Below are positions 1 through 10,093 of a stretch of DNA of 64,000 nt, piece by piece. The notes beneath the pieces are model-generated. The model was given only the letters and a program-made list of their open reading frames with translations. It was not told the origin of the DNA and did not search any database. A program made the translations under genes and the position numbers. The DNA comes from Candidatus Bathyarchaeota archaeon (GTDB lineage: Archaea > Thermoproteota > Bathyarchaeia > Bathyarchaeales > Bathyarchaeaceae). The stretch covers positions 55,554 through 119,553 of the forward strand of contig CAVOMX010000009.1 in the NCBI GenBank assembly GCA_963697165.1, in the 5' to 3' direction. The first letter of the stretch is position 1, and each line of letters begins with the position of its first letter.

Positions 1-30
1 AATGCACATGCACAGAAAAACCTTCTTTTT

Positions 31-78
31 TTCCAGAAACTATATTTTCCTACGAAGATTCTTTTAGTTACTTCGTGA
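31..78 (+). repeat. island repeat site (Y module plus ACGAAG/CTTCGT hairpin)
   Basis: ttccagaaactatattttcctacgaag...cttcgtga. Confidence 0.7.
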
Positions 79-324
79 ATTTTCTTTCTCATAATAAAAA
101 GGTTTTAGGGTTCAATCTTTTGCAATCAATTAAGTTCATTGAAGCTGCAGTTTTTCTTTGCCCCTAATCCGTTAATACATATGCCTTAATTCGACTACAC
201 ACCTCTTTTGTCCATATATATAATTTAATAAGACGTAGTTTGAGTCCAATGGTCGAGCGAAAAAGTGACGAGAACAACATTAACTATAGGAAATAACTGT
301 TTGCTTTATTTCAGTTATATATAG

Positions 325-392
325 TAATTTATACTTGTCAAAGAAACCTCATTCTTGTTTACTGTTAACAGAAACTTTGTTTTCCAACAAAG
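325..392 (+). repeat. island repeat site (Z-Y modules)
   Basis: tatacttgtcaaagaaacctcattc...ttaacagaaactttgttttccaacaaaga; matches 9919-10000 and the reverse complement of 45150-45237. Confidence 0.85.
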
Positions 393-1013
393 AGTTTCCA
401 TGATCACATAAATAGACATAATGATTCTGTCAAAAAGAAGCGGATTCTGTGCGATTTGTCGAAGAGCTGGAGGAAAACATAAAAATGGGGTTGTATCCAG
501 AAGAAGGGTTTGCTGAGGCTTTAGCACAGTTGTTGATGAGTAAGGTCACATTCAATCTTTTTCAAGGGGGAAAGAATGTGTGCTCCTGTGCTTGCCTTTT
601 CAGCCCCATTCTATTCTTTTTGGTAGTTCCAAAAAAGGGGGAAGATTTTTTTGTGTATTGTCTTGTTTGAATAAATTTACATCATTCCAAAGGATTAATC
701 AAGTTTTTTTTTTTGTTCCAATCTGCTGTGAGTTGAATCGTGCTCATTTTCTATTTCAGAGACTTCTTTTCTAATCGCAAGTTTTGTTTCTTTCTCTGGA
801 AAGCCTTCTTCTGGTCCGCAATAGACAAGCTTAAAATCTGGTAACCCGATGATGCCAAACCCCACTCTTACGTTTTCGACGTCTCATTGACAACTCCCCC
901 AAATAACCAAATCATACTCATTATTCTCCTTTCCACTTTAACCAATCAAACCTCCTTCAAATCTACAAATTTCTAACCGATTACTCCCACAAAAAAAGGG
1001 GAGGGAAATTGGT

Positions 1014-3632
1014 TTATTTTCGTTTCTTTAGTGCCCAGAAGCTGACTACGCCAATTATGCTGGCAATTGCGACAGCTGCAATGATGGCTACTTCAGTGGT
1101 GATCAAAGGTGTTTCAGTGTGGCTCTGGTGAAGGTGACGGTTCAGGCAGGTTCGAAGGTGCTGGCGTTGGTGAAGGTTCTGGTGAAGGTGATGGGCTGGT
1201 GTAGGTGTTCTGGTGAGGTGATGGCTCAGGTGATGGTTCAGGTTCTATTGTTCCACCTGCTGTTGCAGCTGGTGTTACGGCAAAGGATGTTGCTGCGCTT
1301 GAAGGCCAATAGGATTCAGATCCCGCAAACTTGGCGATAACTTTGTAAATTCCCTCGGTCGATGGGACATACATGTGCGCATAGTTGCCATCTGAATCAG
1401 ATGTGACAGTAGTTATCCATTCTTCAGTGCCATCTGGTTTAACCACAAACAGATTCACTGGAACACCATCTGGGTTGGCGGATTGTTCAGCAGTGTTGCA
1501 TTCTGCATATTAAGATAGTCCATCCACTCGCTCATGTCCTCATCAGAAACTGCTGGTAGTACCTGGCCTGAGCAGGAGATTGATCCAATAACATTGCCTT
1601 TTATCAGCACTGTATGCGCCACTTAGCGACGACATCATTCTGGTATTGTTACTGAAGTTGAGGTTTGGCCTTTGCCTAAGCAATAGAGGTTTCCATCGTA
1701 ATCTCCGGTACCTATGACATAACCATTAGCAGCAGAAGAGGGGCGAAGTCCACCGTTTAAAGTAAATATAGTGTCTCCTGTAGTAGCGTCAATACATACG
1801 AGCATTCCAAACCTTGAAATAGGGTTGATTTTATACCCAGACGAATAGCCTGCGTAAACATAGATTTTACCATCTACCATGACCATGCCACTGAACGATA
1901 GGGCACTGCATTATTGGGGTACTCAGTTGAAGGAATAGGCTTACTCCGCCATACCTCATGTCCATCTGCCAAACTGTAAGCGCGCATTGTACCGTCCGGG
2001 AACATAAGCATACAAGTTATCGTTGTCATTGGTCTCAGCAAGTAAACGGTCCATGTTGTAGCCCACGTAGAGTCGCAGAAGCTGTCACTTTCCCACAATT
2101 CAAAGCGCCAGTAAGCATGGAGTAGCATTTGAACGTTGATTCAGTTGGATCAAAGACAATAAAGTTGTCCACGCCATATAAACTGAATTGCTGGTTAGCT
2201 AGAGTCGGATAGTTCAGGGTAAGGTTCCATAGTGAGGTACCGTTTTCTGCGCTGTAACCCCAGATACTGGTTGGGTGCGGCTTTACCACAACCGTAGACG
2301 CATCTGTTGATATTCCGAAGAGAGATTGGGGACTGGCTACGCGATGTAGCTAGTTGATTCTGGCAGTGGGCGTTGTCCATTCAATTCCTGTCGGCCAATT
2401 ATGACCACCAGTGCGTGTCCGTAAATGTTACAGTGACAACTTTCGACATGTTCCATGCTAAACAAGTTGTACGATCGTTGCTGTTCCATAGGCAAGATCG
2501 GTACCGTCAATAAGATTGAAGCACTTGCAGTAGCGTTAGCGATTGACCGCACTAGTGTTCCAGTAAAGGGATCATAGTAATTCCACGTACTGCCAGAGGT
2601 TCCAAATAGGTACGGTGTATGGTATTGTCCATAGGAGCTCTCGAGAACTACGTTCGAAGGATCAAAACATGCTTTGAGCATATGGGTTTCCAGGTAAGTG
2701 GATACCGCACAGTAATCGAGCCATCCACTGTGTACAATACTTCTCCAGTTGCTAAATCAATGCATTCAAACTGTGCCAGTATTCGCGAATATTTATCGAA
2801 TACTTTGCCTTCCATGATTACAGCACTTGGATACTAGAACCTTGAGGATCCATAGCTAAGGCTGCCATAATCTCCGCCTATAAGGCCTCCTGATCTAAGC
2901 GGTTGCTTCCAAACTATGTGGCCAGTGTTAGGTCCTGAACCATAGGGCTGCCAAATACGACAAGTAGGCACCGTTAACCGTAGCCGCCAGTTGACTGGCA
3001 CTGCCAAGCCAGTCGCCTGAGATTTGGTTCCATTCTCTGTTGTTGCTGTTTATTGGGTAGCTCCAGAAAACGTTTGGGTTCGGCAGTGCTGACCACGGAT
3101 AACCATTAAGCAAACCAGCCAGTACTCTTCAGTCTGAACTGTAAAGTAGGCATGTATTACTAGTGCATCCTATATATTGTACGGTTCCTGAACCGTCAGT
3201 TAAGTTCTGTGCAGGCATCGTGAACGATACACTCCAGTTACCCGCCATGATTAGGCTCATAAAAGAAGTATATAGCGCCAAGTGACTGCGTTTGTCCTGG
3301 ATCATAATTGACCTGTTCCGTCTACCGGCATGAACGTGTCTTTTGTTCCGTCAGGTCTTACGAACGTCACCGTTACTCCCCTATAGCCGTCATAAGTATG
3401 GCTGATAAGCATAGTTTGTAGGTATAGGATAGATGAATAGGTTTACAGTTGCTGTTTGGCCGACTCCGACAAGTCTTGGTGCAACGTCGATGTAACCTGT
3501 AGTTTTCTCTGGCTGAGGAACACCAATTTGAGCCTGCACTGGAATATTTGCTAGCAACGAAAAAGCAGATGTTATTAAAATTGCCAAAATGATTGATGCT
3601 GTTAATTTTGTTTTGTTTATTGAAATTTGCAT
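1014..3632 (-). CDS. PQQ-like beta-propeller surface/secreted protein with C-terminal membrane anchor (copy 1; broken by multiple frameshifts)
   Basis: Consecutive minus-strand ORF fragments join into one protein. It has a signal peptide (MQISINKTKLTASIILAILITSAFSLLA), Trp-docking propeller repeats (GTSLWN, GHEVWRS, CIDATTG, DGNLYCLGKG), a P/S/E-rich linker (EPSPEPSP) and a TM anchor with basic tail (IIGVVSFWALKKRK*). It is paralogous to 47207-49695. Confidence 0.85.
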
Positions 3633-3720
3633 TGTTTTTTCTCCTTTTTGAGTTTTTTCCATCTTTACATTTTATTGTTTTTGGGAAAAAGAATTAAACT
3701 AAAAAATACTTGATCTTCCC

Positions 3721-3888
3721 CCTAGAATGCTATTTTGTAACAAAGAAGTATTTAACATTAAGTGTCAGCCCATGACTGACAACTTCTGAATCATTAATAC
3801 CTTCGAAATAAGATGGGAAAAAACAAATTGTCTCTGTGCTTAGGTTTCGACTAATGTTTAGCAAAGGTAAACCTCTTCGTGAAAAGCT
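3721..3888 (-). promoter_or_regulatory. conserved upstream region of beta-propeller gene copy 1, containing palindrome TGTCAG-N7-CTGACA
   Basis: Near-identical to 46968-47136 in inverted orientation. The palindrome at 3763-3781 lies just upstream of a TATA-like TTAAATA on the minus strand. Confidence 0.7.
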
Positions 3889-3939
3889 TCCAGAAACTTT
3901 ATTTTCCAACGAGCAGTCCAAGGCATAACTTGAATAGAA
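3871..3939 (+). repeat. island repeat site (X-Y modules)
   Basis: acctcttcgtgaaaagcttccagaaactttattttccaacgagcagtccaagg. Confidence 0.9.
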
Positions 3940-3947
3940 TTGGGTTT

Positions 3948-4221
3948 TTATGCACTTGCCCTGAAATACATTCGATTATTAACAACTTTTCTTGAAATTT
4001 TTCCTTTACTTACTAAATCCTGAAGAACCGAAACAAAATTTGCGACCATGAACGTAGCCATTTTGGAAGTCCCTGGCACATCAAAATCTACATTAAAACT
4101 TGTCGACCCCATTATTTCATCGTCAGTAAAGGCTTTTTCCTTGACGCTTCTTCAAGAAAGAGATAATCTCATCTTCCAGCTTAATAGAGACCCTTACAAA
4201 TTTCTCTTTGTCTATGGGCAT
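3948..4221 (-). CDS. small winged-helix-like protein (~90 aa, one frameshift; not in ORF track)
   Basis: Manual translation with one indel gives MPIDKEKFVRVSIKLEDEIISFLKK/EKAFTDDEIMG...VLQDLVSKGKISRKVVNNRMYFRASA*. The L..L...G.I motif followed by a beta wing fits a wHTH fold. Confidence 0.55.
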
Positions 4222-4419
4222 AGATATCACTCCATCATAAATCTATGAAACAAGAGCTTGAAATTGTTTATGTAACTCAAATCATAAGCATAACTAATAG
4301 TTTAAGCCAAACGTTTGTCGTAATTCGCTCGCATCCAGAAACTTGTATCTATTATTCACAACTTGTTTATACATAATTGTCTGAATTACCTAATATCTTG
4401 AGGTTCAGGCGTTTATTCA

Positions 4420-6925
4420 ATGAGTAGTGACATATCAATTGAAGCTTTTATTCAACATCTTGAAGAATTAAAAAAATTAACCGAATTTGAGAGATTTCGC
4501 AAATTTCTAAGGCTATTTTTAATTGGATTCTTCATAGGTAGAGAAAACAAAAAAAGAATAAAAGTATTAGCCTTAGAACTAAATAATATACTCCAACAAA
4601 AAAGTTGTGATTTGGAAAAACATGTATCAAATTCTTTAGGTATGAGCACATATCTAATTTCATCAGAAAAAAAAGGATTGTTAGATTCAATAGGCGTTTT
4701 AATAAATGGGCTTAAACAATTTTCAAACTCTAAAGTTCCGAATGTCGAATATATTAAAGAAATTGAGGAAAAGCTGACAACACTAAAAGAGTCAGTACTT
4801 GACTACAATAGCTCCTTCATTAGGCAAAGAAAAAGGGATTACCGTTATCTCTGGAGTAATGGGGAGTTTACTCTTGATGAGGAACAAATTACATCAATTG
4901 TAACTGACGATAAACATAATTTGGTGGTAGCTGCTGCAGGTTCAGGCAAAACAGAGTGGTACCAAATCACAAGAATTGCATACATAGTAAAAAGACAACC
5001 TGACTTTAGTCCACAAGAAAGAATTTTGGCAATTGCTTATCAAAACAAAGCTAGTGGTGAAATTGGAAGAAGACTAAAAGATAGATATGAAATTACGAAC
5101 GTTAATGTAAGTACCTTTCACAAGTTAGGTAAAGGTATTTTAGAAGAAGCAAGAAGCAAATATCGCCACTCTGATATAATTGATAATAATAAAAAACGAA
5201 GAACCATAGATAACCTTTTTAGACAAAAAATTGAAACTAACCAAAAATACTACAATTTGTTTCTAAGTTATGTTAAAACTCTCCATGATAAAGAAAAAAA
5301 GGAAACTGGAGAGGCAAACGGTATTTCTCTAGAATACGCTATAAAACAAGCCTATGTATCCATAGATAGAACCCAGGTAAATAGCAGAGCTGAAAAAGAG
5401 ATTATAGACTTCTTTCTGATTCACAAGCTCAATGGAAAAAAAATCATAGTAGAATATGAACCTGATGTGGGTGGATTTAGACCTGATTTTTACTTGCCAC
5501 AATATGATTTATACATTGAACATTGGGCTTTAAATAAAAATGGAGAAGTACCAGAATGGTTCAATCAATCCTCTGATGAATATAAGAAATCAATGGATAT
5601 GAAAAGGACATGGTTTAAAGCTCACAATAAATTATTTGTGGAAACCTTTACACACGAGTATAAGAAGAATAAGTCTGACAATTTTATTGAATTATTGAAG
5701 AAAAGAGTCATAGATGCACTAGAAACTAGAAGCAATCAAGATTTTGAATTTAGTCTTAAAAGTTATGATGAAATTGTTGAAATTGCCTGGAACTCTTATC
5801 TGTACTCCAGTAGATGATTTAATTAACTTCATAACATCTGCAAAAACCTATGGTTTGTCTCCAATAAACGTAAAGGGAAGACTAGAGAAGAGAAAATGGA
5901 GTGCTAAACAGATAGCTTTTGGGAATCTTGTTTTGCCAATATTTACAGAATATGAAGAGTTATTGCACTTGGAAGATAAAATCGATTTTGAGGATATGAT
6001 AAATAAAGCAACAGCTGAATTAGAGAACAATCAGAACTTGCGTGCTAATGTGTATGACCATATTCTAATTGATGAATATCAAGATATTAGTGCGCAAAGA
6101 TACAACCTAATCAAAGTCATGATGGAAAGAAATCCTAATTGTAAACTATTTTGTGTTGGAGATGACTGGCAAAGTATCATGGGTTTTTCAGGCTCTAACA
6201 TAAATTATTTTGTAAGGTTTGCAGAATATTTTGAAGACCCAGCAATAACCATAATCTCAACTAACTATCGAAGTAACCGTACAATTGTTGATGCAGGTGC
6301 AGATTTGATAAAGGACAATACAAGTTGTCAGGTACAAAAACCAACTAAAGCAAATAACAGTCAAACTAAATCAATTAAAGTGCTTAGGTCTCCTCACAAG
6401 AAAGATTATGAATATAAATATCACCAGCAAATTGCTGAGGACTGTATAAATCGCATAGTTGAATATCTTGAAAATGGTTATGCACCAACAGATATACTTG
6501 TGCTCACAAGATGCATGCGAACTAGGACCCGATTTGGATACAGATACCTACCAACAATTCAGATAATCAAAGAATTGGCAGAAGTAAACAATTTAGATGT
6601 AATTCACCAAAATTGGGAGAGTCCAAGAGGCATTAGATTACTTACTGCACATAGCAGCAAGGGTTTAGAAGCAAAAGTAGTTTTTATTATTAATGGTACC
6701 AAGGATATTTTTGGTTTCCCATGTGAAATAGAAGATTCTAATATTTATGAGCTAGCAAGAACAAACTATCCGCCTCAAGATAATCTAGAGGAAGAACGAA
6801 GGCTATTCTATGTAGCAATGACTCGTGCAAAGGATGAACTTTATATTTACACTTGGGAACCAGCAATGAGTAATTTTCTAACTGAAATTGAAGAGCATAC
6901 TAAAGAAATCCGACTAAATTACTGA
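4420..6925 (+). CDS. UvrD/helicase IV (HelD-like) SF1 DNA helicase with inserted PD-(D/E)xK-like domain; frameshift near 5800
   Basis: Motifs: Walker A AAAGSGKT, VSTFHKLG, ILIDEYQD, VGDDWQSI, NYRS, TAHSSKGLE, EERRLFYVAMTRAK. The insert reads RPDFYLPQYDLYIEHW. Confidence 0.9.
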
Positions 6926-7220
6926 ATAATTATACCCGTGCAAAACCTTTTACGCCTCCAAATTAGATGGTTTTTTGTTAAATAGATAAACCCAAGTTTA
7001 TATTCATCCTTTTTCAGTATCGCTTCTGAAGATAAAATTTCATCTATTTTCTGCTTTACTTTGTCTTCTTGATTTATTCCGAATAAAGGACCCAAAACAT
7101 TTCCCTTCTGTTCTTAAGACCAATTTAGCTATAACATTTCTCCTAATTGATTGTTAGAGCGTGAATTTTCCGAAAAAAGTTAAAGCAACTTAACCGAAAA
7201 AAGGAACATGAGAGATAATC

Positions 7221-7820
7221 TTGACTTCTAATGATTTGGTCAGATACAAAATATTGGAAATACTTTTCAACAAAGCCTCGTTGAGAGGAACAGACTGGAA
7301 TGTTAAACGTAAGGAAATGATAGAATCATTACCATTTGAGGAGAAGCAAATTGACTTCAACTTTTTTTATCTTTTCGACAAAGGTCTAGCTAAAATGTTC
7401 AAACACACATCTAAAAACTGGGAAACCGCAACAATCACAAGCAAAGGCATAGACGTTATCGAGCATAAACAGAATTTTGTTGAAGAATTACCCTTTATTC
7501 AGGTTGCGATTCAAGAAATCAATGCACCTATATACGGTAATGCGATTCAAGCTGTCAATTCCACAATTACCTTTAATCAACAAGTGACGGATGCCTTCAA
7601 ACAAACCTATCAAACACTTGAAACTAAGAAAGATTTGACACCCGAACAGAAAACAGAGATAAAGAAAAACTTGATTATTCTAGAAGAGGAACTAAAAAGC
7701 AAAGACAAAGACGCGGGTAAAATCCAAAAGTTGTGGAAAAGAATCAAGAAAAATGCTAGTTGGATAGCTCCAATACTTGTTAATATTGTCCTAAAAGGAT
7801 TGGAGATTTCAATAGAATAA
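7221..7820 (+). CDS. hypothetical protein (N-terminal winged-helix-like, C-terminal helical)
   Basis: 199-aa AT-rich ORF. RYKILEIL...YLFDKGL...ITSKGID is a wHTH-like pattern. Confidence 0.65.
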   Translation: MTSNDLVRYKILEILFNKASLRGTDWNVKRKEMIESLPFEEKQIDFNFFYLFDKGLAKMFKHTSKNWETATITSKGIDVIEHKQNFVEELPFIQVAIQEINAPIYGNAIQAVNSTITFNQQVTDAFKQTYQTLETKKDLTPEQKTEIKKNLIILEEELKSKDKDAGKIQKLWKRIKKNASWIAPILVNIVLKGLEISIE

Positions 7821-7837
7821 TCATGCAAACAGTAAAA

Positions 7838-7903
7838 TCTTCGTGAAATGCTTCCAGAAACTTTATTTTCCTACGAGCAGTTCAAGGGACAATTTAAATA
7901 GAA
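7838..7903 (+). repeat. island repeat site (X-Y modules)
   Basis: tcttcgtgaaatgcttccagaaactttattttcctacgagcagttcaagg; near-identical to 3871-3939. Confidence 0.9.
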
Positions 7904-8167
7904 ATAGCAAGAAACAAAAAGAACCATAAGCAGAAAAAATGATGAAGTTGGAAACCAAACGTTGATAATTACAGAAACAAATCACATTCAAAGACTTCCT
8001 AACAGAACAGATTTGATGAACATAGAACCTACGTTTTTGATGATGTTTATTCTATAAAATTATTAATATTCACCACAAATGTTATCTAAAGGTATATTTG
8101 ATAACGTAATCGGGGGAGAGATTACTTTCTGTAATTTTCCTTTCAAAAAAGATAGAATGGAGGTGAA

Positions 8168-8623
8168 GTGAATTTGAAGTCTCGTTCTGTGAATATTGCT
8201 TGGAAAATACTGATGATTCCTAACCTTGTTTTTGTAGTCTTTGGTCTTGCATTTGTGTTAATTCCAGATGCCATTTTGGGTAGTGGCTTTGAATTGTATA
8301 CTGGTCAAACTTGGAGCAATCTTGTTTCCACAAGTCCTGAAATCACTGATTTCATTTTGTTAACTGCAGGCAGAATGTTTGGTGTTCATATTCTTGTTCT
8401 CACAACTCTAGCCATCGCTATAACCCTTAAAGGTTTTAGAAATGGAGAAAGCTGGTCATGGTATGCCTTTATTGCAATCAGTTTTGGTATGATTTTTGAC
8501 ACAGTTGCGGTATTTATCATGGGGGAAATACCTGTTGTAGTGATAGACATAATCATGCTATTGCTCATGTACATAGCACTAGGAATTTCTGCAAAGGATA
8601 TGCTCAGTAAAAAATCCACCTGA
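8168..8623 (+). CDS. hypothetical membrane protein (about 4 TM helices)
   Basis: 151-aa hydrophobic ORF with a GGAGGTGA Shine-Dalgarno immediately upstream and a T-rich tract downstream. Confidence 0.8.
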   Translation: MNLKSRSVNIAWKILMIPNLVFVVFGLAFVLIPDAILGSGFELYTGQTWSNLVSTSPEITDFILLTAGRMFGVHILVLTTLAIAITLKGFRNGESWSWYAFIAISFGMIFDTVAVFIMGEIPVVVIDIIMLLLMYIALGISAKDMLSKKST

Positions 8624-8754
8624 GCATGCTACCTTCTCTAAAACCCAAACTCCTCTTTTTTTCTTAATGAAACCCAATAACATTAGGTTATTATGTGTAC
8701 AAAGTTGGATGATGCAAAATCATATTCAAAGACTTCCCAACAGAACGTAATTAA

Positions 8755-9319
8755 TAATCACAAAGCTTTAATGTATATTCCAGCGTATTATAATTGCTGA
8801 GCCATCAAGGGGACAAATCAAAACATACCTCTAGCTCAAGCGTTTTTGAACATAAAATTTCATTATTTTGTAAGATAGATATGGATTGTTTTTTAGTAAA
8901 GTTTATTTTCTTATATTTCATTTATGATGAAGAGTAGTATCCCAATCTGAACTGGTTCTATCTCCCCCTGATGACTCAGTTTCATTATGATTGGGATACT
9001 GCTTTCCTTCTCAACATTACATCTTTGTTGATAATAGAACATTCTTTTATAACATTTCTAAACCTTAACCACAAATATTATTACGGTAAATACCTGATAA
9101 AACAATTGGGGGAGTCCACAAATCCAATTCTGGGTTAGTCATTGTAACGGTTAATTATCTGTTAGAAACACTACATTCTGAAGTCTGTCACTAACTTTGG
9201 TGGCACACAACCACTTTTCAACTCAAACGAAACAAAACTCAGTTCTCTGCTTCAGAGACCAGAAGCAAACGGAGACACTCTCTAATCAGAGTTAATAAAG
9301 GAAGAAGGGAGGTGAAAGA
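8755..9319 (+). repeat. conserved ~560-bp non-coding leader, copy A
   Basis: Aligns by eye along its whole length with the reverse complement of 45956-46498, e.g. the shared blocks aatcacaaagctttaatgtatattccagcgtattataattgctgagccatca and caactcaaacgaaacaaaactcagttctctgcttcag. Confidence 0.95.
8924..8990 (+). ncRNA. box C/D-like RNA inside leader copy A
   Basis: Box C ATGATGA 8924-8930, D' CTGA 8947-8950, C' CTGATGA 8968-8974, D-like ATGA 8987-8990. The same layout is conserved in copy B. Confidence 0.5.
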
Positions 9320-9808
9320 ATGAATATGAAAATTTTAGGTGTTTTCGTTAGTTTGTTTACTTTAGCTTTGTTAACGATTCCAGTAATGGCTGCACCAGCA
9401 ACAAAAATTGAAGGGGTTACATTGACTAGAGTCACTACACCACCCGTTCAGGATCCTGGCTTTCCACGGTTGGTAAGTCATGATACCATATCACATGGAA
9501 GAGGCACAACTACAGGTACAGCTACTCTAACCATAGGACAAGACATTCATGATGGAGATTGGGATAGTGAATGGATTTCCGTGGTTAATTTGAAAAAAGA
9601 TCCAGTTGAGATGGTAATTAGCGCTACGGTCAAATTGACTTTCACAGGAGGCACGTTTGAGGGTACGAGCCATAGAAAGATAATAGGGTACCCACCTGGA
9701 CCTAGTTCAATTATCGAAACCCATATGGTACTTCAGGGTACTGGAGATTTTAGGGGACAAACACTAAAACATTCAGGTGGTACTTACTATCTAATAATGC
9801 CCAAATAA
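9320..9808 (+). CDS. secreted beta-rich hypothetical protein
   Basis: Signal peptide MNMKILGVFVSLFTLALLTIPVMA, Gly/Thr-rich beta strands (GGTFEG, GTGDFRG), GGAGGTGA SD. Confidence 0.8.
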   Translation: MNMKILGVFVSLFTLALLTIPVMAAPATKIEGVTLTRVTTPPVQDPGFPRLVSHDTISHGRGTTTGTATLTIGQDIHDGDWDSEWISVVNLKKDPVEMVISATVKLTFTGGTFEGTSHRKIIGYPPGPSSIIETHMVLQGTGDFRGQTLKHSGGTYYLIMPK

Positions 9809-9918
9809 CCAAAATAAAGAACCGTAACACCACATTTCCTCTTTTTTCTATCCAGAAACAGTAACATCAGATTTTATTGGTTTGTGGGTAAATCGAATTT
9901 TCTAAACAGTGCATTTTT

Positions 9919-10032
9919 GCAGTTAACTAAGTCAATGTATACTTATCAAAGAAATCTCCTTCTGGTATACTATTAACAGAAACTTTATTTTCCCACGAAG
10001 AGCCTCAGGCAACCTCTTCGTGAAAAGCTTCT
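9919..10032 (+). repeat. island repeat site (Z-Y-hairpin-X modules)
   Basis: gcagttaactaagtcaatgtatac...gtatactattaacagaaactttattttcccacgaagag-cctcaggcaac-ctcttcgtgaaaagcttc, with a perfect 9-bp stem at 9994-10002/10014-10022. Confidence 0.9.
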
Positions 10033-10093
10033 TTCTTCTGAAGGCAGATTTTATATAGAAAAAACAAGAAATCCTATTCAAGGAAAGAGTCTC

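Noticed and set aside
400..925. Small ORFs downstream of propeller copy 1 (a CAIC-containing peptide on +, and a ~70-aa frameshifted ORF on - with an AGGAG SD)
   Set aside because: Both need assumed indels and match no family I recognise.
1014..3632. Diversity-generating retroelement acting on the propeller paralogues
   Set aside because: No reverse transcriptase is present, and the differences between copies are not restricted to adenines and span the whole gene.
6919..7095. 58-aa minus-strand ORF with a PH/GRAM-like GFIYLTKNHLIW stretch
   Set aside because: Too short and without independent support; possibly a gene remnant.
8796..8980. MITE bounded by 17-18 bp terminal inverted repeats
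   Set aside because: No target-site duplication is visible, and conservation between the two copies extends well beyond both inverted repeats.
9235..9295. Glycine riboswitch-like GAAGCAA...ACTCTC segment
   Set aside because: It lacks the conserved GGAGA...CCGAAG and CUCUCAGG arrangement; only a simple hairpin is supported.
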